DNA of 63,671 nucleotides, filler included, from Pirum gemmata (Eukaryota): NCBI GenBank assembly GCA_002812295.1. It is 22 parts of 22 records of this genome, joined end to end, with 100 filler letters (N's around TTAATTAATTAA, not from the genome) between each part and the next. Parts side by side here need not be neighbours in the genome. Positions count along the whole stretch, not along the records: positions 11,900 to 14,566 come from PDIN01005266.1; positions 14,667 to 17,320 come from PDIN01005267.1; positions 17,421 to 20,073 come from PDIN01005268.1; positions 20,174 to 22,801 come from PDIN01005269.1; positions 22,902 to 25,554 come from PDIN01005270.1; 17 more parts are not named here. One strand, 5' to 3'. Shown piece by piece: positions 12,220 to 24,966 of this stretch (position 1 is its first letter; each line of letters starts with the position of its first letter). The notes under the pieces were generated by a model. It saw only the letters and a program-made list of their open reading frames with translations, ran no database searches and was not told where the DNA came from. The position numbers and the translations under genes were made by a program.

Positions 12220-14130
12220 AAAAATGACCAAAAAACTCTCACCGGTTAATTAAAATCGAACTATTACCAGAAGCCGCAGACAAATATGTAAATCAACCAA
12301 GATTGATTTATAATGTTATTAAACTTATCACTGATGACAAGCAAACACACTCGGATCTACTTGACTGGCCAACTGAAGCGCTTTCAACTAACACAGTATG
12401 ATAACACCTAAACCATGCAGGCCAATATCAGACTTTTTGTACCTATCCGAAACAGTAAACTTGGAGGACCACATCTATAAAGATGAAGACCGAAAACACA
12501 ACATCGATATCGATATCACCTTCACCAGAATCACAAAAAACAGAGAACGTTTACCTACCAAAAAAGTATACATATAAATTTTGAAAAAGAAGAAGAACGA
12601 AAAAGCCTACTAATATTAATATTAATAAATGTTTTGAAAATTGGTTTCCAAATAATCAATATACACCTAAGTGATAGATACTTACAATGTTATCGATGCC
12701 AACAACTTAGTCACATAGCACACAACAGTAAAAAGGATATTAAAAATTTAATTAAATGTCTTGGTTGCGCAGGCAACCATCACCACAATGAAAAAGAAAA
12801 GTGTACAGGCCACGAGAAATGTGCAAACTGCGAAGGCGACCATGTCTCATGCTCCTCACTATGCCCTGACATACAGCGTTAACAAGCCCGAGAACAGGGT
12901 CAAAAAAGAGCTCAAGAACGAAAAACAAATATATATATATATAATCAACAATATACCAACCCCACCAACAAAAAAAACTATACAAAAAACAACTTATGCC
13001 CAAATGGCCACAGCAACAACATTAGAAAAAAAATGGAAGCAACCTTCCAAAAAATGGAAGAGTAGCTAAATAGACTACAGGAACAAGTAAACAAATTGAG
13101 TGAACAACAACAAAAATCACCTGACTAANTCCAATTTGGTATCAAAAAATTGAACAAAAGCTAGAAACTCTAGAGCAAAAACAACAAACTCAACAGCAAC
13201 GTAACGATTATATCGACCTCAAAATGAATCAAATCAGCGAGGACAACTCAGAAAAAAAATTATATTATATATTCAATACAAGAAAACGTAAGCCAAATAA
13301 TATATATAACTAAAAATGATTAACCAACAATTATCCACCCAACTAAACATAGCCCAATATAACATATAAATTCAATCAAAAAAAGAAAACTAGAACTCGA
13401 ACATTTACTGCACAAACATGCACGTGTACAGAACATTCATATCTGCAACTTAATTAAATGAAACACGACTAAAGAAAACAAGTCATTTAGAAATAAAAAA
13501 ACTACCAAATAGTCAGAAAAGAAAGAACAAAATAAAGAAGGAGGAGGAATAGCAATTTTAATCCACAAAGACATTACCTACGATGAAATTCATTTCAAAC
13601 ATATTCAGGAAACATAATGTGTGGCCATCACAATCTCAAAATAAATGCAATAACACCATGCATTTTAAAAAAACTCTTGATAGTCAACTACTATAACGCT
13701 CCAACAACTCCAACCAACGACAAGCTACTTGATGAAATAATAACAATTAATTAAAAATACACAACTAATCATGATAGGAGATTTTAATGGACACCACGCC
13801 AGATGGAATAGCGCTAAAACAACCCCAACATGTACAGGTGCAACAAACACTACTAGCCAAATTTATTCATGATAATAACTTACAATTAGCCAACTCAGCA
13901 GACCACACGTACTATAAAACTTCAAAAAAAGAAACATACTCAGCCCTACTGGACTTAGCAATCCTAGGAATCCCCAACATTAACGGATTTCCAGAGTATT
14001 TCCAGCTACTAACAGAAATTTACAGAATACACAAGTATTAATTAATTAAAAAATTCAAAAGTAGACTAAACCTACTCTAAACCTACTGATCGAAGAAACT
14101 AAAGTAACAATCAAGCGAATAAACTGGCCC
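12220..14130 (+). mobile_element. Decayed non-LTR retrotransposon: gag-like ORF1 with CCHC knuckles plus APE endonuclease remnant
   Basis: QCYRCQQLSHIA...KCLGCAGNH...KCANCEGDH....SLCP at 12634-12882. Then QLNIAQYN...KRKLELEHLL, EGGGIAILIHKDI and IGDFNGHHARW at ~13340-13810. Homologous to the 9400-10709 copy. Confidence 0.85.
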
Positions 14131-14835
14131 TTTTATTTTTATTAATTAAAATTTATTTATTATATTATTTTTTTCGTCATTAAATTTTTTTCTAATTTTT
14201 TTTTCTTATTTTTCTTATCGCACAAAAAAATCATTTTACACAAGCTTTTTTTTTATATTCTTATTTTTATTTTTATTACTTTGATAGGGGGGGGTCTATG
14301 AATCTTACAAATACAAAAAATACTTGTTTTTATTATTATTATTATCATTTAATAATAATAAAAAAAAATCCCCAAACAATAAAAGCAAAAAGCAAAACCA
14401 ACAAAACCAACAACCAACAGCCAACAATAAGTTAATTAACAATAAAGCAAAAAGCAAAACCAACAATAACAACCAACCAACAACCAACAATAAATTAAAT
14501 AACAATAAGCATCAAATAACAAGTATAAATCAACAACCAGCAACAGCAACAACACCAATAATAATANNNNNNNNNNNNNNNNNNNNNNNNNNNNNNNNNN
14601 NNNNNNNNNNTTAATTAATTAANNNNNNNNNNNNNNNNNNNNNNNNNNNNNNNNNNNNNNNNNNNNAACACACACACACACAAGCCATAAACCTATTTTT
14701 ATTGCCTATATAGGTATACTGTAGATACCATCATTATATTATTATATTTTTAATATAATTATATTCAAAATTAATTATTATTATTCTTTTTTAATTAAAA
14801 TAAAATAACCTATTATATAATTATATACAATATGT

Positions 14836-15037
14836 TATCGTGTTTTTCAAAAGTGTTGTCCAGCAGTGGCCAGCTCAAAAACTGAAATAAACGTTATGGT
14901 TAAACTATCAGACATGATTTAATTAATTTGGTATTATTATAATATACTTAATGTTGTATTTTATAAATAAGTTCAATTATACACTTAAACAGTACCAAAT
15001 TAAAGAGTGAGAGGATAACTATATGAAATAGACGATA
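14836..15037. mobile_element. MITE family D (~200 bp, ends TATCGTGTTTTTCA ... TGAAATAGACGATA)
   Basis: Copies at 16191-16387 and 56443-56652. Fragments at ~2724-2800, 17492-17607, 48285-48430 and 61270-61340. Confidence 0.75.
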
Positions 15038-15340
15038 ATAACTGATAATATACAAAAATTATAGAGGGTGTAGTGTATATTAAAATTATTGTACAACCTT
15101 GTGTGTATTTCTAACTCATGATCAATAAACTTTGACAGTCGTCCAACCTTTTTGTTTTGTAAACGTGTTGAAAATGAATATTTAGAGTATTTTAAAATTC
15201 TGTCTGCACTCAGTCTCAGACTCTGCTGTTAGCTCTGCTGTTGCTGACAATTTTCTGTGCAAGAATTTCTTTTTCTGATTTTTTTCCTCAGGTTGTTTTG
15301 CCGCTAGTCGGAGGAGGCTCGGAGCCAGAGCTCTGAAGGA

Positions 15341-15533
15341 TAGGCTTCTCCCTTCTCCCAAAAATCGAGCTTTCGAGCCTATGCATTAATTAAATAAGTT
15401 CGAAAATTTTAATCTAACTATTATTAAGTATTCGAATATATTTGTTTATTTATAAACCCGAAAAAATGGGAAAAATAATTTTTTCGACAGGAGAAATTTG
15501 AGTTTTTGGGCTCGAGCAGAATTGGGAGGCTTA
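15341..15533. mobile_element. hAT-type MITE family E with 8-bp TSD
   Basis: Flanked by direct repeat CTGAAGGA (15333-15340 and 15534-15541). Termini TAGGCTTCTCCC ... GGGAGGCTTA. Confidence 0.85.
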
Positions 15534-16764
15534 CTGAAGGAATCTAATCTATAAAGGACAAGTTTTTTATTGGTTTGATCCGTTTCAAAAATTTCTATTT
15601 TTGTTTATTTCATCTTCCATATTAAGTAATTTTTCAGCAAACAAAAATTCCAAATTTACAATGCCGTTTTTTTTTTAAAAAAAAAAGTTGTCATTGAACC
15701 AATAGTGAGGTTGAAATATATAACGCCATTTTGATTTACGGAGTCTGGCTAGCTATGGCGCATTGCGTTTAAAAAACCCCAACTTTTCGGGACATTGTAA
15801 TAATAAAATTATATTTCGAATATATAAATTTACTTTGTTCGAAATGTTCAAGCGGCCAGAAAAAAATTGGCAACTTTTCAAATGTTGGTAACTTTTAAGC
15901 GTATTGCACCATAGGAGCTCAGAGCTAAACTAGCTAGCTAGAAGCGTTCGAATACTAATAGTACATAACATCAACTTCCGGTTAAATACAGGTTCAAATA
16001 CCCTTACCTACCCACCCCTCGACGTTAATTTCCGTTCCAATACCCCCTACCTACCTACCCCTTAGATGTTTTGTCATATAAAATATACAATAAAGAGTAC
16101 CAGATAGAATAATAAGAAAAAAGCAGCACACATCTCCGGCACACATCTGTTCTAACACTGTTTTTAAAAAACCCTTTGGGAGCATTCAAATATCGTGTTT
16201 TTCAATAGTGTTGCCCAGTTCAAAAACTGAAATAAGCTTACCAAATAATAATTAATTGGTCATGTTTTACTTAATTTGATATTTTTATATAGTAATTTTA
16301 TATTTATAAAAAAGTTCAATTATACAATTGAACGGTACCAAATTAAAGATAGAAAGGACAACAGTTACTGTAATGAAATAGACGATAATACGAACTATAA
16401 TACGTCACGTCAAAGGGTAAGTAGGTAGGCGGTATTTTCTTTTTCTTACTTTTTCTTACTTTTATAGTGCTTTATGCATGATACACTTATTGCTCGATTA
16501 CTAATTATTATTATTATTATGTATATTATTAATAATACTAAAAACCTTCCTCAACTAATGTAGTATAATACAATTATGCATATGGTAATTGAAATAATAT
16601 ATAATGTTATACTAATTACTGCAAAGTTGTAAGACAATAATATTTGGCTCATATAATAACCACTTTGTTAATTATGCATTATATCCTTTTAATTAATACA
16701 ACACAACTACTAATTATGTATAATATACCAAAAGTTTAATGTATTATTATTATTATTATTATTA

Positions 16765-16807
<43 letters not shown>

Positions 16808-17425
16808 AACGCTGTTGTTGTTGTTGTTGTTGTTGTTATTAACGTTGTTGTTGTTGTATTTCAATAGCCACTTTGTTAATGAGGGATTTTATAATTATCT
16901 TTATTAATAAATTTATTTAATATTAAATACAACTATAGCTACATACTAATAATAGATCATATAAATGGTATGACTAAAACTAACATTTCATAATGTAAAA
17001 CTTTGGTAATAATATTGAATAATGAAATGGATAAACAACAATAATATAACCTAGATAATAATATTATATACACTGATAATAATTATGATATCATATCCTG
17101 CTTTTCATTCATTTTATCACTTAGATTATTTATTTGGTACTTTTAAGTTTATAAACGTGGTTATTTTAAATTGAGATATAAATTATTAAACACATCAAGT
17201 TAATTAAATTGTATCAAATAAATTTGATATAATTTTAATTTGGTATTTATTAATGCATTAATGCGTATTCTATTATGACAAAATAAAGCACGATAGTACA
17301 TAATAATAAAAATAAAAAAANNNNNNNNNNNNNNNNNNNNNNNNNNNNNNNNNNNNNNNNNNNNTTAATTAATTAANNNNNNNNNNNNNNNNNNNNNNNN
17401 NNNNNNNNNNNNNNNNNNNNTAGAG

Positions 17426-17491
<66 letters not shown>

Positions 17492-18127
17492 TCCAGTTCA
17501 AAAACTGAAATAAACGTATCAAATTATTAATATATTATTATGGTTTTAAAAACTATCAGATATATTTTAATTAATGAGGGCAACTGTAATGAAATCTATA
17601 GACGATGTATTCAACAAAAGGGATGGGTATAATAAATGGATTGTATTCAGCAAGTATGCAAGTAGTTAGAGGGATAATGGATATAATAAATGTCAAATTT
17701 TAATTTAAAATGGGTAGAATAAAATAGTAAATAAGGATTTAATTAAATAAAAGAAACGTACTTGATTAACAAACCCTAAACTAATGTGCAGGCCCTAGAT
17801 TGCAAAATAATGTCTCCAGATACCCAAAATAGCTCACAGAAAACATGAAAAATATATTTATTTCAAAAAACAAAAAAAAATTAAAAAATGATTGTATTTT
17901 CTAGATTGTATTTCATAAGATTTAATTGGCACTTAGTAAAAAATATTAGTTAGTTTTTGTATGAATTTATTTTTAAAATATAATTGGGTAGGAGTTATTT
18001 AAACCAGTTTTTAATTTTAAATCGTGATGGGTTATTTTTTTGCATTTTAGTGGAGTGTTGGCTTCGAACTCCTGGTTCACAGTACGTGCTCACAAGCACA
18101 AGAATAATAATTATCTGTCATCAATTA

Positions 18128-19770
18128 ATGTCTTTGTCTAAAGCAATAAAAGCCGACGTACAGGGCAAAATCATACAAGAAGAAGAGAAGAAGAACAAAC
18201 GTCGCAAGAAAGATGAAGAAGAAACAAATTTAAATTTTTTTGAAAATAACAATGATGAAAATTCCAGTGGCCGTGTTAATTAAAAAGGGCTATTTACATC
18301 CAATTCGGTCAATCAAAATTAAAATTGGATTTCAAACTCATTAATTATTATTAATATTATATCAACAAGAAAAATTAAAACTTTGGTTTGGAACTTGTCG
18401 TTTCGTATATAACAAATGTGTAGATGGTGTCAAGAAGCTGGGGTACAATTAAGTAAAAATGAATTGCGTCAAAAGTTCCATGATCACGATTTTGCATGTA
18501 TTTATTCCTGGTTTTACTCGATCGAATTTTGGTTGAAATATTAAAATGGTATGAAGATGGGGAAGAATCGGCTTTCAGTGGAAAATATTCTGTTCCTTTC
18601 GATGTTTGGGATTCTGCGATATGTGATTTTGATAAAGCGTATCGTGCCCATTTAGCTAAAGTGGCAAAAAATATCGAGGAAGGTAAACATGATGATCCTA
18701 GCAACAAATGTAAATTTAAATTTCGTACTAAAAAGGATACATGGCCGCAACTTAATTATTAATACAATAACAATCCTTTGAAATACGACATCGTGATTTT
18801 AATGCTGAAAATAGTCAATACAGTTTTTTGTTTAAGGAAGGTAAATTTGACTATAATATATACCAAACATAAATTGTTTAATGATGATGGTATTGAAGAA
18901 AAAATACGTCGGGGTGTATTTCCACTTAGTTATAATGAAACTAAGACACGTTTTACTCCAATTGGATCAATTCGCGTAATTAAAGAAAGGCTAAATAACA
19001 AAGAAAAATTTAGTGTTCCACGTTTTATTCCAGTTAATCACGATGTTCGACCTGAAGACGTGGTTGCAATGGATCCTGGAGTTCGTACTTTTATGACATT
19101 TCGTTCAGAGTGGGGTGTAGATGATATGAAACGTGGTTTTTCTTTGTGTTTACTTACATTTAGATAGATTGGTTAGCCGTGTCAATTAATGGAAAAGAAA
19201 TGAAAAACTGCATGGTAAAAAGGGACGTAAAAGGCGAAGAAATTTGAGGAAAGCCATTGAAAAATTATTAATACGAAATAAAATCAAAAACAAAATTAAT
19301 GAAATACACAAGAAAATGAGTACTTGGTTAACGTTATGTAAAACTTACAAAGTTATTTTAATACCCAAATTTCATGTCAAAGCTTAAGCAATGACTAACA
19401 AGAAAGGAAGAAAAATTGGCACCAAAACTGTACGTGGGATGTTGTGTTGGTCACATTACAATTATTTTAGACAACGCTTGATAAGCCAAAAGCGAATTGT
19501 TTAGTGATCGTAAAGTGAGTGAACGTGACGAAGCTTATACTTCAAAAACTTGTGGATATTGTACATGTGGTTTCATTAATTATAAACTTGGTAGTAGTAA
19601 AATATTTATGATTTGTATAAATAAGTAAATGTAACCAAAAACGTTGTCCACAAAAGCTTTGTGACAGTGATCGTGATATTCACGCTGCTCGAAATATTTT
19701 ATTACGATATTTAACACGAAATAAAATAGAATTTCAAAATTCGAGTTTTTTTATCATAATATTATTATGA
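18128..19770 (+). pseudogene. Fanzor2 (IS607-TnpB-derived RNA-guided endonuclease), frameshifted
   Basis: Ordered motifs across frames: IRSIKIKI, QQEKLKLWFGTCRFVYNKCV, VPFDVWDSAICDFDKAY...KFKFRTKKD, RuvC-I VVAMDPGVRTFMT, KINEIHKKMSTWL, YKVILIPKF, KIGTKTVRGMLCWSHY..FRQRL, DEAYTSKTCGYC (Zn finger), RuvC-III DRDIHAARNILLRYL. Confidence 0.9.
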
Positions 19771-20000
19771 TATCATACAGTTATCGATATCATAACATAA
19801 AAAAAAAAAATCGAAATTCGGCTCGAATCATCTTCTAGGAGGTTCGAGTTTGCCACTTGAAGCCTGCAGAGTGACGAAATAACGCCCTCTGTTGCAATTA
19901 ATTGTTATTAATACCATTTCTCAGTAATGATACCATTTCTTATGAAAACTTGTTGAAAATACAACTTTTGATGAGAAATGCAAGTTTTTTAATCCAAGCG
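19740..20000 (+). ncRNA. Candidate Fanzor omega-RNA scaffold
   Basis: Locally GC-richer hairpins directly 3' of the Fanzor ORF: gctcgaatc/ggttcgagt (19821-19849), cagag..cg/cg..ctctg (19867-19891), catttcttatgaaaa/ttttgatgagaaatg (19934-19980). Confidence 0.5.
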
Positions 20001-21251
20001 TAATTAAAATTCTTTTATGATATGCATATTTAAAAAAAAAAAAACATTGATATTTAAAAATTAATATTATTATNNNNNNNNNNNNNNNNNNNNNNNNNNN
20101 NNNNNNNNNNNNNNNNNTTAATTAATTAANNNNNNNNNNNNNNNNNNNNNNNNNNNNNNNNNNNNNNNNNNNNAGGGTTAGGGTTAGGGTTAGGGTTAGG
20201 GTTATGGTTAGGGTTAGAGTTAACACCCATCCCGTACCGTCGAGAACCCTCACATCCCGTACCGTCGAGAACCCCACATCCCGTGCTGGCCGAAGGCAGG
20301 TGTTACATGCGTTAATTAAGATTTTAAGGAAATGTATCGTGAAAACAACCATTTTACAGCTTTCTTATTTCGCTTCTTAACCATGTAAATATCAACACAA
20401 TCACAAATAAATTCATTTCTTGGGATTTTTAAATAACAATAATCGGCAATAATATAACAATCGTTCATTAACGCGAAAACAGGTATAAATAAGTTAATGC
20501 TTGAATTAACGAGTGAAAGTGATCACGTGATAAACACGTGATTAAACATAATAAAGGGCGCGTAATCATGAGTAATAATGTAAAATACAGCACATATTTA
20601 TAGACACTTTTTGCGGGATAAACAGATAATTGTGCGAAAACTGGTACTTTTGATATACTGGTACTTTTGATATATATTAATTAATATATTAATATTAATA
20701 TATTATATAATAATAATATTTATTTATTAGTAAATGGTTGGTAATGTAGCCGAAATCTCGTGATTATTACATATAATAATGGCACATAATATATCCCTGG
20801 GATAATAACAATAACAATGACAATGACAATAAAACGTAACCATAACAAGGTCAAGTTTTATTATGATACATTGGTATTAATACGTGCACAATCATTATTA
20901 ATACAAAATACAGCATAATAACCACGTGAAGAATCGCCATTATCGTTAAAACTGGTTTGGAACTTTGGAACTTTGGATCTATATTATTAACATATAGTCT
21001 TTATGAACAAAATTTTCACAACAAAACACACAGATAAAACATAACCAACACTATTGCGGCACCACACAACTTCTTAGCAACCTAGCTAGCCATATACTTC
21101 ACTTTTTTCGAATTGGAAGTAGTTTGAGCAACAGCGCAATCTTTGTGTATATTAGTCATGTCTGGATTCAGTAAACTTTATATTAATAATACACCCTCCG
21201 CAACTTTGACAAGCTTTCTTCTTGCCACTGCCTTGTTGTTGTTGTTGTTGT

Positions 21252-21312
<61 letters not shown>

Positions 21313-21482
21313 GNNNNNNNNNNNNNNNNNNNNNNNNNNNNNNNNNNNNNNNNNNNNNNNNNNNNNNNNNNNNNNNNNNNNNNNNNNNNNNNNNNNNNNN
21401 NNNNNNNNNNNNNNNNNNNNNNNNNNNNNNNNNNNNNNNNNNNNNNNNNNNNNNNNNNNNNNNNNNNNNNNNNNNNNNNNNN

Positions 21483-21527
<45 letters not shown>

Positions 21528-21934
21528 AAATGTTGTTGTTGTTGTTGTAAATGTTGTTGTTGTTGCTGTTTTTGTAAATGACGGCTGAGTAATTAGCCAA
21601 GTTGGGTTATCATAAACCTGTAGAGATCATTTTTTTTTCGACTTCTCTTCTAAAAACCTTTAATGCTAATTAGCCAAATTATTTTTAAAAACTAGCCATT
21701 GATTCATAATACAGTTTTTCTAGTTATAAGATTTCTCAAATTTTGGTAGTACTTTCATTAAAATTGGATCATTTTGAGATTTTTTGGATTTTTGAGGTCC
21801 AAGAAAAAAAAAACTGGTTAGTAGACCCGGTCTAGCTAGCTAGTAGTCTATCAATAGCCATTAGGGTCTTAGTTAGGGTTAGGGTCTAGCTAGCTCTAGC
21901 CTAGCTAGCTAGTAGGGGTTGGGTTTAGACCTCT

Positions 21935-22136
21935 CGGGTTAGACTAGCTACTAGGGTTAGGGTTAGGGTTAGGGTTACAGTTAGGTTTAGGGTTAGGGTT
22001 AGGGTTAGGGTTAGGGTCAGGGTTACAGTTAGGTTTAGGTTTAGGTTTAGGGTTAGGGTTAGGGTTAGGGTTACAGCTAGGGTTAGGGTTAGGGTTAGGG
22101 TTAGGGTTAGGTTAAGGTTTAGGGTTAGTTGGGTTA
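21935..22136. repeat. Interstitial TTAGGG tract with variants
   Basis: (TTAGGG)n with TTACAG/TTTAGG variants in mid-contig. Confidence 0.9.
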
Positions 22137-22438
22137 ATTTTTTTCTGATAAAGAATTTTTTTTTCTTTCAATTTTTTTCCAGTTATAAATGTAAGTGTTA
22201 TTTATATCATATTAATAATAACATAACACCAACACCAACAATAAACAACAATAACGAATAGCAATAAAACAATATAAACAATTACAATAAACAATTAATA
22301 AATGATAAACGATAATGATAAACAATAACAATAAAAAAAAAAACAATAAAAAATGGAGAAAGCAATCTTGCTCTCGACCTTTACGCATCATTGATAAAAA
22401 TAAAAATATTTTTTATTATGGTGACGTTATAATCAAAA

Positions 22439-22624
22439 CTTGTTAATAAAAGTCAAAGACTAAAAAAAGGACTTTTATTAAAATCATGTTGATTTCACCC
22501 TGTTAATAAAAGTCAAAGACTAAAAAAAGGACTTTTATTTAAATCATATTGATTTCTATCACCTTGTTAATAAAAGTCAAAGACTAAAAAAAGGACTTTT
22601 ATTTAAATCATATTGATTTCACCT
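22439..22624 (+). repeat. Three-copy ~61 bp tandem repeat
   Basis: tgttaataaaagtcaaagactaaaaaaaggacttttatt.aaatcat.ttgatttc occurs three times. Confidence 0.9.
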
Positions 22625-23730
22625 TTAAAAGCCTTAATTAAATAATTTAGGATAATTTAAGGATTTATGGCCTGTATGTATTCAACAAAGATTTGCAGAT
22701 TTTTTTAAAAATTAACTCCCTTTTCTGGGGGTAATAACTACAACTAAGAATTAGTTTTACTAAAAACAAAACCCAAATTATTATTATTATTATTATTATT
22801 ANNNNNNNNNNNNNNNNNNNNNNNNNNNNNNNNNNNNNNNNNNNNTTAATTAATTAANNNNNNNNNNNNNNNNNNNNNNNNNNNNNNNNNNNNNNNNNNN
22901 NTAATAAATAATAATAAATAGTAATAAATAGTAATAAATAATAATAAATAATAATAAATAACTATTATAATATATACTTTTTTTTTCTTTGTTTTATTTG
23001 ATTTCTTGTCAAGAATTTTGATATATTATATTATAATAATAATATTAATTGATTAAAAAAATATTAAAATTTTATTATTCGTCTATGAAAAAAGTTTTAT
23101 TAATATAATAATAATTAATACATTGACAAAACAACACAAACAAGAAAACTTTAATATTATATAATTACAAAGTAATTATAACTGTTTCTTGTAAATTCAT
23201 ATTTGATAAGTTCTTCTTTTGGTTTGTTCATCTTATCATTACAATGATCATGTTTAGGTATTAATTTAATAATGTGATTTAAATTCGATTGTCCACCAAC
23301 AATATAAATTTCATTATTGTCTATGAAAAAAGTTTTATTATAATAATATTAATTAATACATTGACAAAACAACACAAACAAGAAAACTTTTAAAATATTA
23401 TATAATTACAAAGTAATTATAACTGTTTCTTGTAAATAAATTATATTTTTGATTGCCTGTAGCCAGCATGCGTCAGTTGTATGTTTTGGTTAAAATATAA
23501 CTATAAAAAATGTAACAAGGGTATATAATTATGATAAATATAAAATAATTATAGATTTTTATTTCTTTTCTGAAGAGCAGAGCTACTTTTATACCCATCT
23601 GGATTGTTTTTATAATATAAAAATTTATATTATATTTTAATATTAATAAAAATATAATTTTTCCAAAATTACAATATTATTGTTATTTTACTATAATGTA
23701 GGTTGAATCTACTACTGCGTCCAATATTCT

Positions 23731-24966
23731 TTAGTTGTTTTCAAGCAAGTTATCTTGGCCCTCAATGACATGGCCTCCTGATGTTGGTGACCAATCAAAG
23801 CCTGATAAACAGGGGCAATCATGCTTCCAACTATTTGAACCAATGTAAGGAATATCAATGTGAAGATTACAAGCGCATTTTGTTCCATCAACAAATTCAA
23901 CATTAAATTTACATTGAAAATCTAAACCAGTTGCTGTACCATCCGTGCCTATATATAAACCATAACATAATAATATTTTTAAAAAAATATTCATATTAAT
24001 TAATTAAATATTTTAACATGTTTGGGAAATTATTCTATTATTATTATAAATGACATTGTTATTAAAACGTTGTTTTAATTAAACATTATTTTTCAAAATC
24101 AATATTATAAAATAAACTAATATTTTAAACTACAATAATTAATTAAATTAATTATTTTATCTTTCATGAAAATTATAATTGGTTCTAATTAAAATCCAAA
24201 AACTGATAATGTTTGTATTAATAATATTATGATTTATAAAATTCAATCAGTTGGTTTAGCAAAAAAACGGTTATTTTCGATATAGTTTTTACCTCTTCCT
24301 CGCATAAGGACATAGACAGTTTTTTCTTGAACATTGAAAGAATCGATATCGCAAGAACAATTTTGATTGTCTCCACCACAACCAGATGACTGAGCATGAA
24401 CTGTGACACCACTAACTTCTGGCACAGAATCATTTCCTGTATATAATATTTTAATTATATAATATGTAATATATATAATATTGAATATTAATTAAATTAA
24501 TAAAAATAATATAATTTTATGTAACATTACATATATAATATAATATTATGTACTGCAGTATTGTTATTTTATGTTTGATCATATTTTTCAATAATTTTAC
24601 TAATTAATTAATTAATTTTTATTATTTTTTATGATATTGATTAATCGACAGGAAAATAATATATTAATATTGAATATTAATTAAATTAATAAAAATAATA
24701 TAATTATATAATTATATAATATATATACTGCAGTATTGTTATTTTATGTTTGATCATATTTTTTTACTTAATTGATTAATTTTAATTATTTTTTATGATA
24801 TTGATTAATCGACAGGAATTCAACTGATAATGTTGGCCGTGTATTGAAATTTAAAGTCGCTATCCCCAAGCTGAACACCATCTTGAGCGTGAGCAGAGCT
24901 GGCACCGATTTTGTGAGCAGAACTGGCACCGATACATGCAATTGCTAAAACACAAGTTGTTTTCAT
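23731..24966 (-). CDS. Three-exon secreted protein, possibly aegerolysin/Cry34(ET79)-like fold
   Basis: Exon 1 MKTTCVLAIACIGASSAH... (signal; weak donor gttgaa). Exon 2 ~24437-24293 NDSVPEVSGVTVHAQ...VYVLMRGR(G). Exon 3 ~23948-23731 TDGTATGLDFQCKFNVEFVDGTKCACNLHIDIPYIGSNSW. Exons 2 and 3 splice in frame. Confidence 0.55.

Noticed and set aside
20221..20316. Three ~23-bp repeats (cacatcccgtaccgtcgagaacc) after TTAACAC, and palindrome gggctcatatgagccc at ~36756-36771, as piggyBac ends
   Set aside because: No matching opposite terminus with TTAA TSD and no transposase is visible; too weak to call.
21143..21620. Poly-Q/N/T ORF ending KACQSCGGC or RRKLVKV
   Set aside because: It spans an N gap and a (CAA)n tract; frame and product cannot be determined.
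22439..22624. Repeated ~60 bp units as a possible CRISPR-like array
   Set aside because: Head-to-tail tandem copies without unique spacers, in a eukaryotic context with no cas genes.
23170..23321. NNEIYIVGG kelch-like fragment on the minus strand
   Set aside because: A single short motif inside a local ~245-bp-period duplication, with no further kelch repeats.
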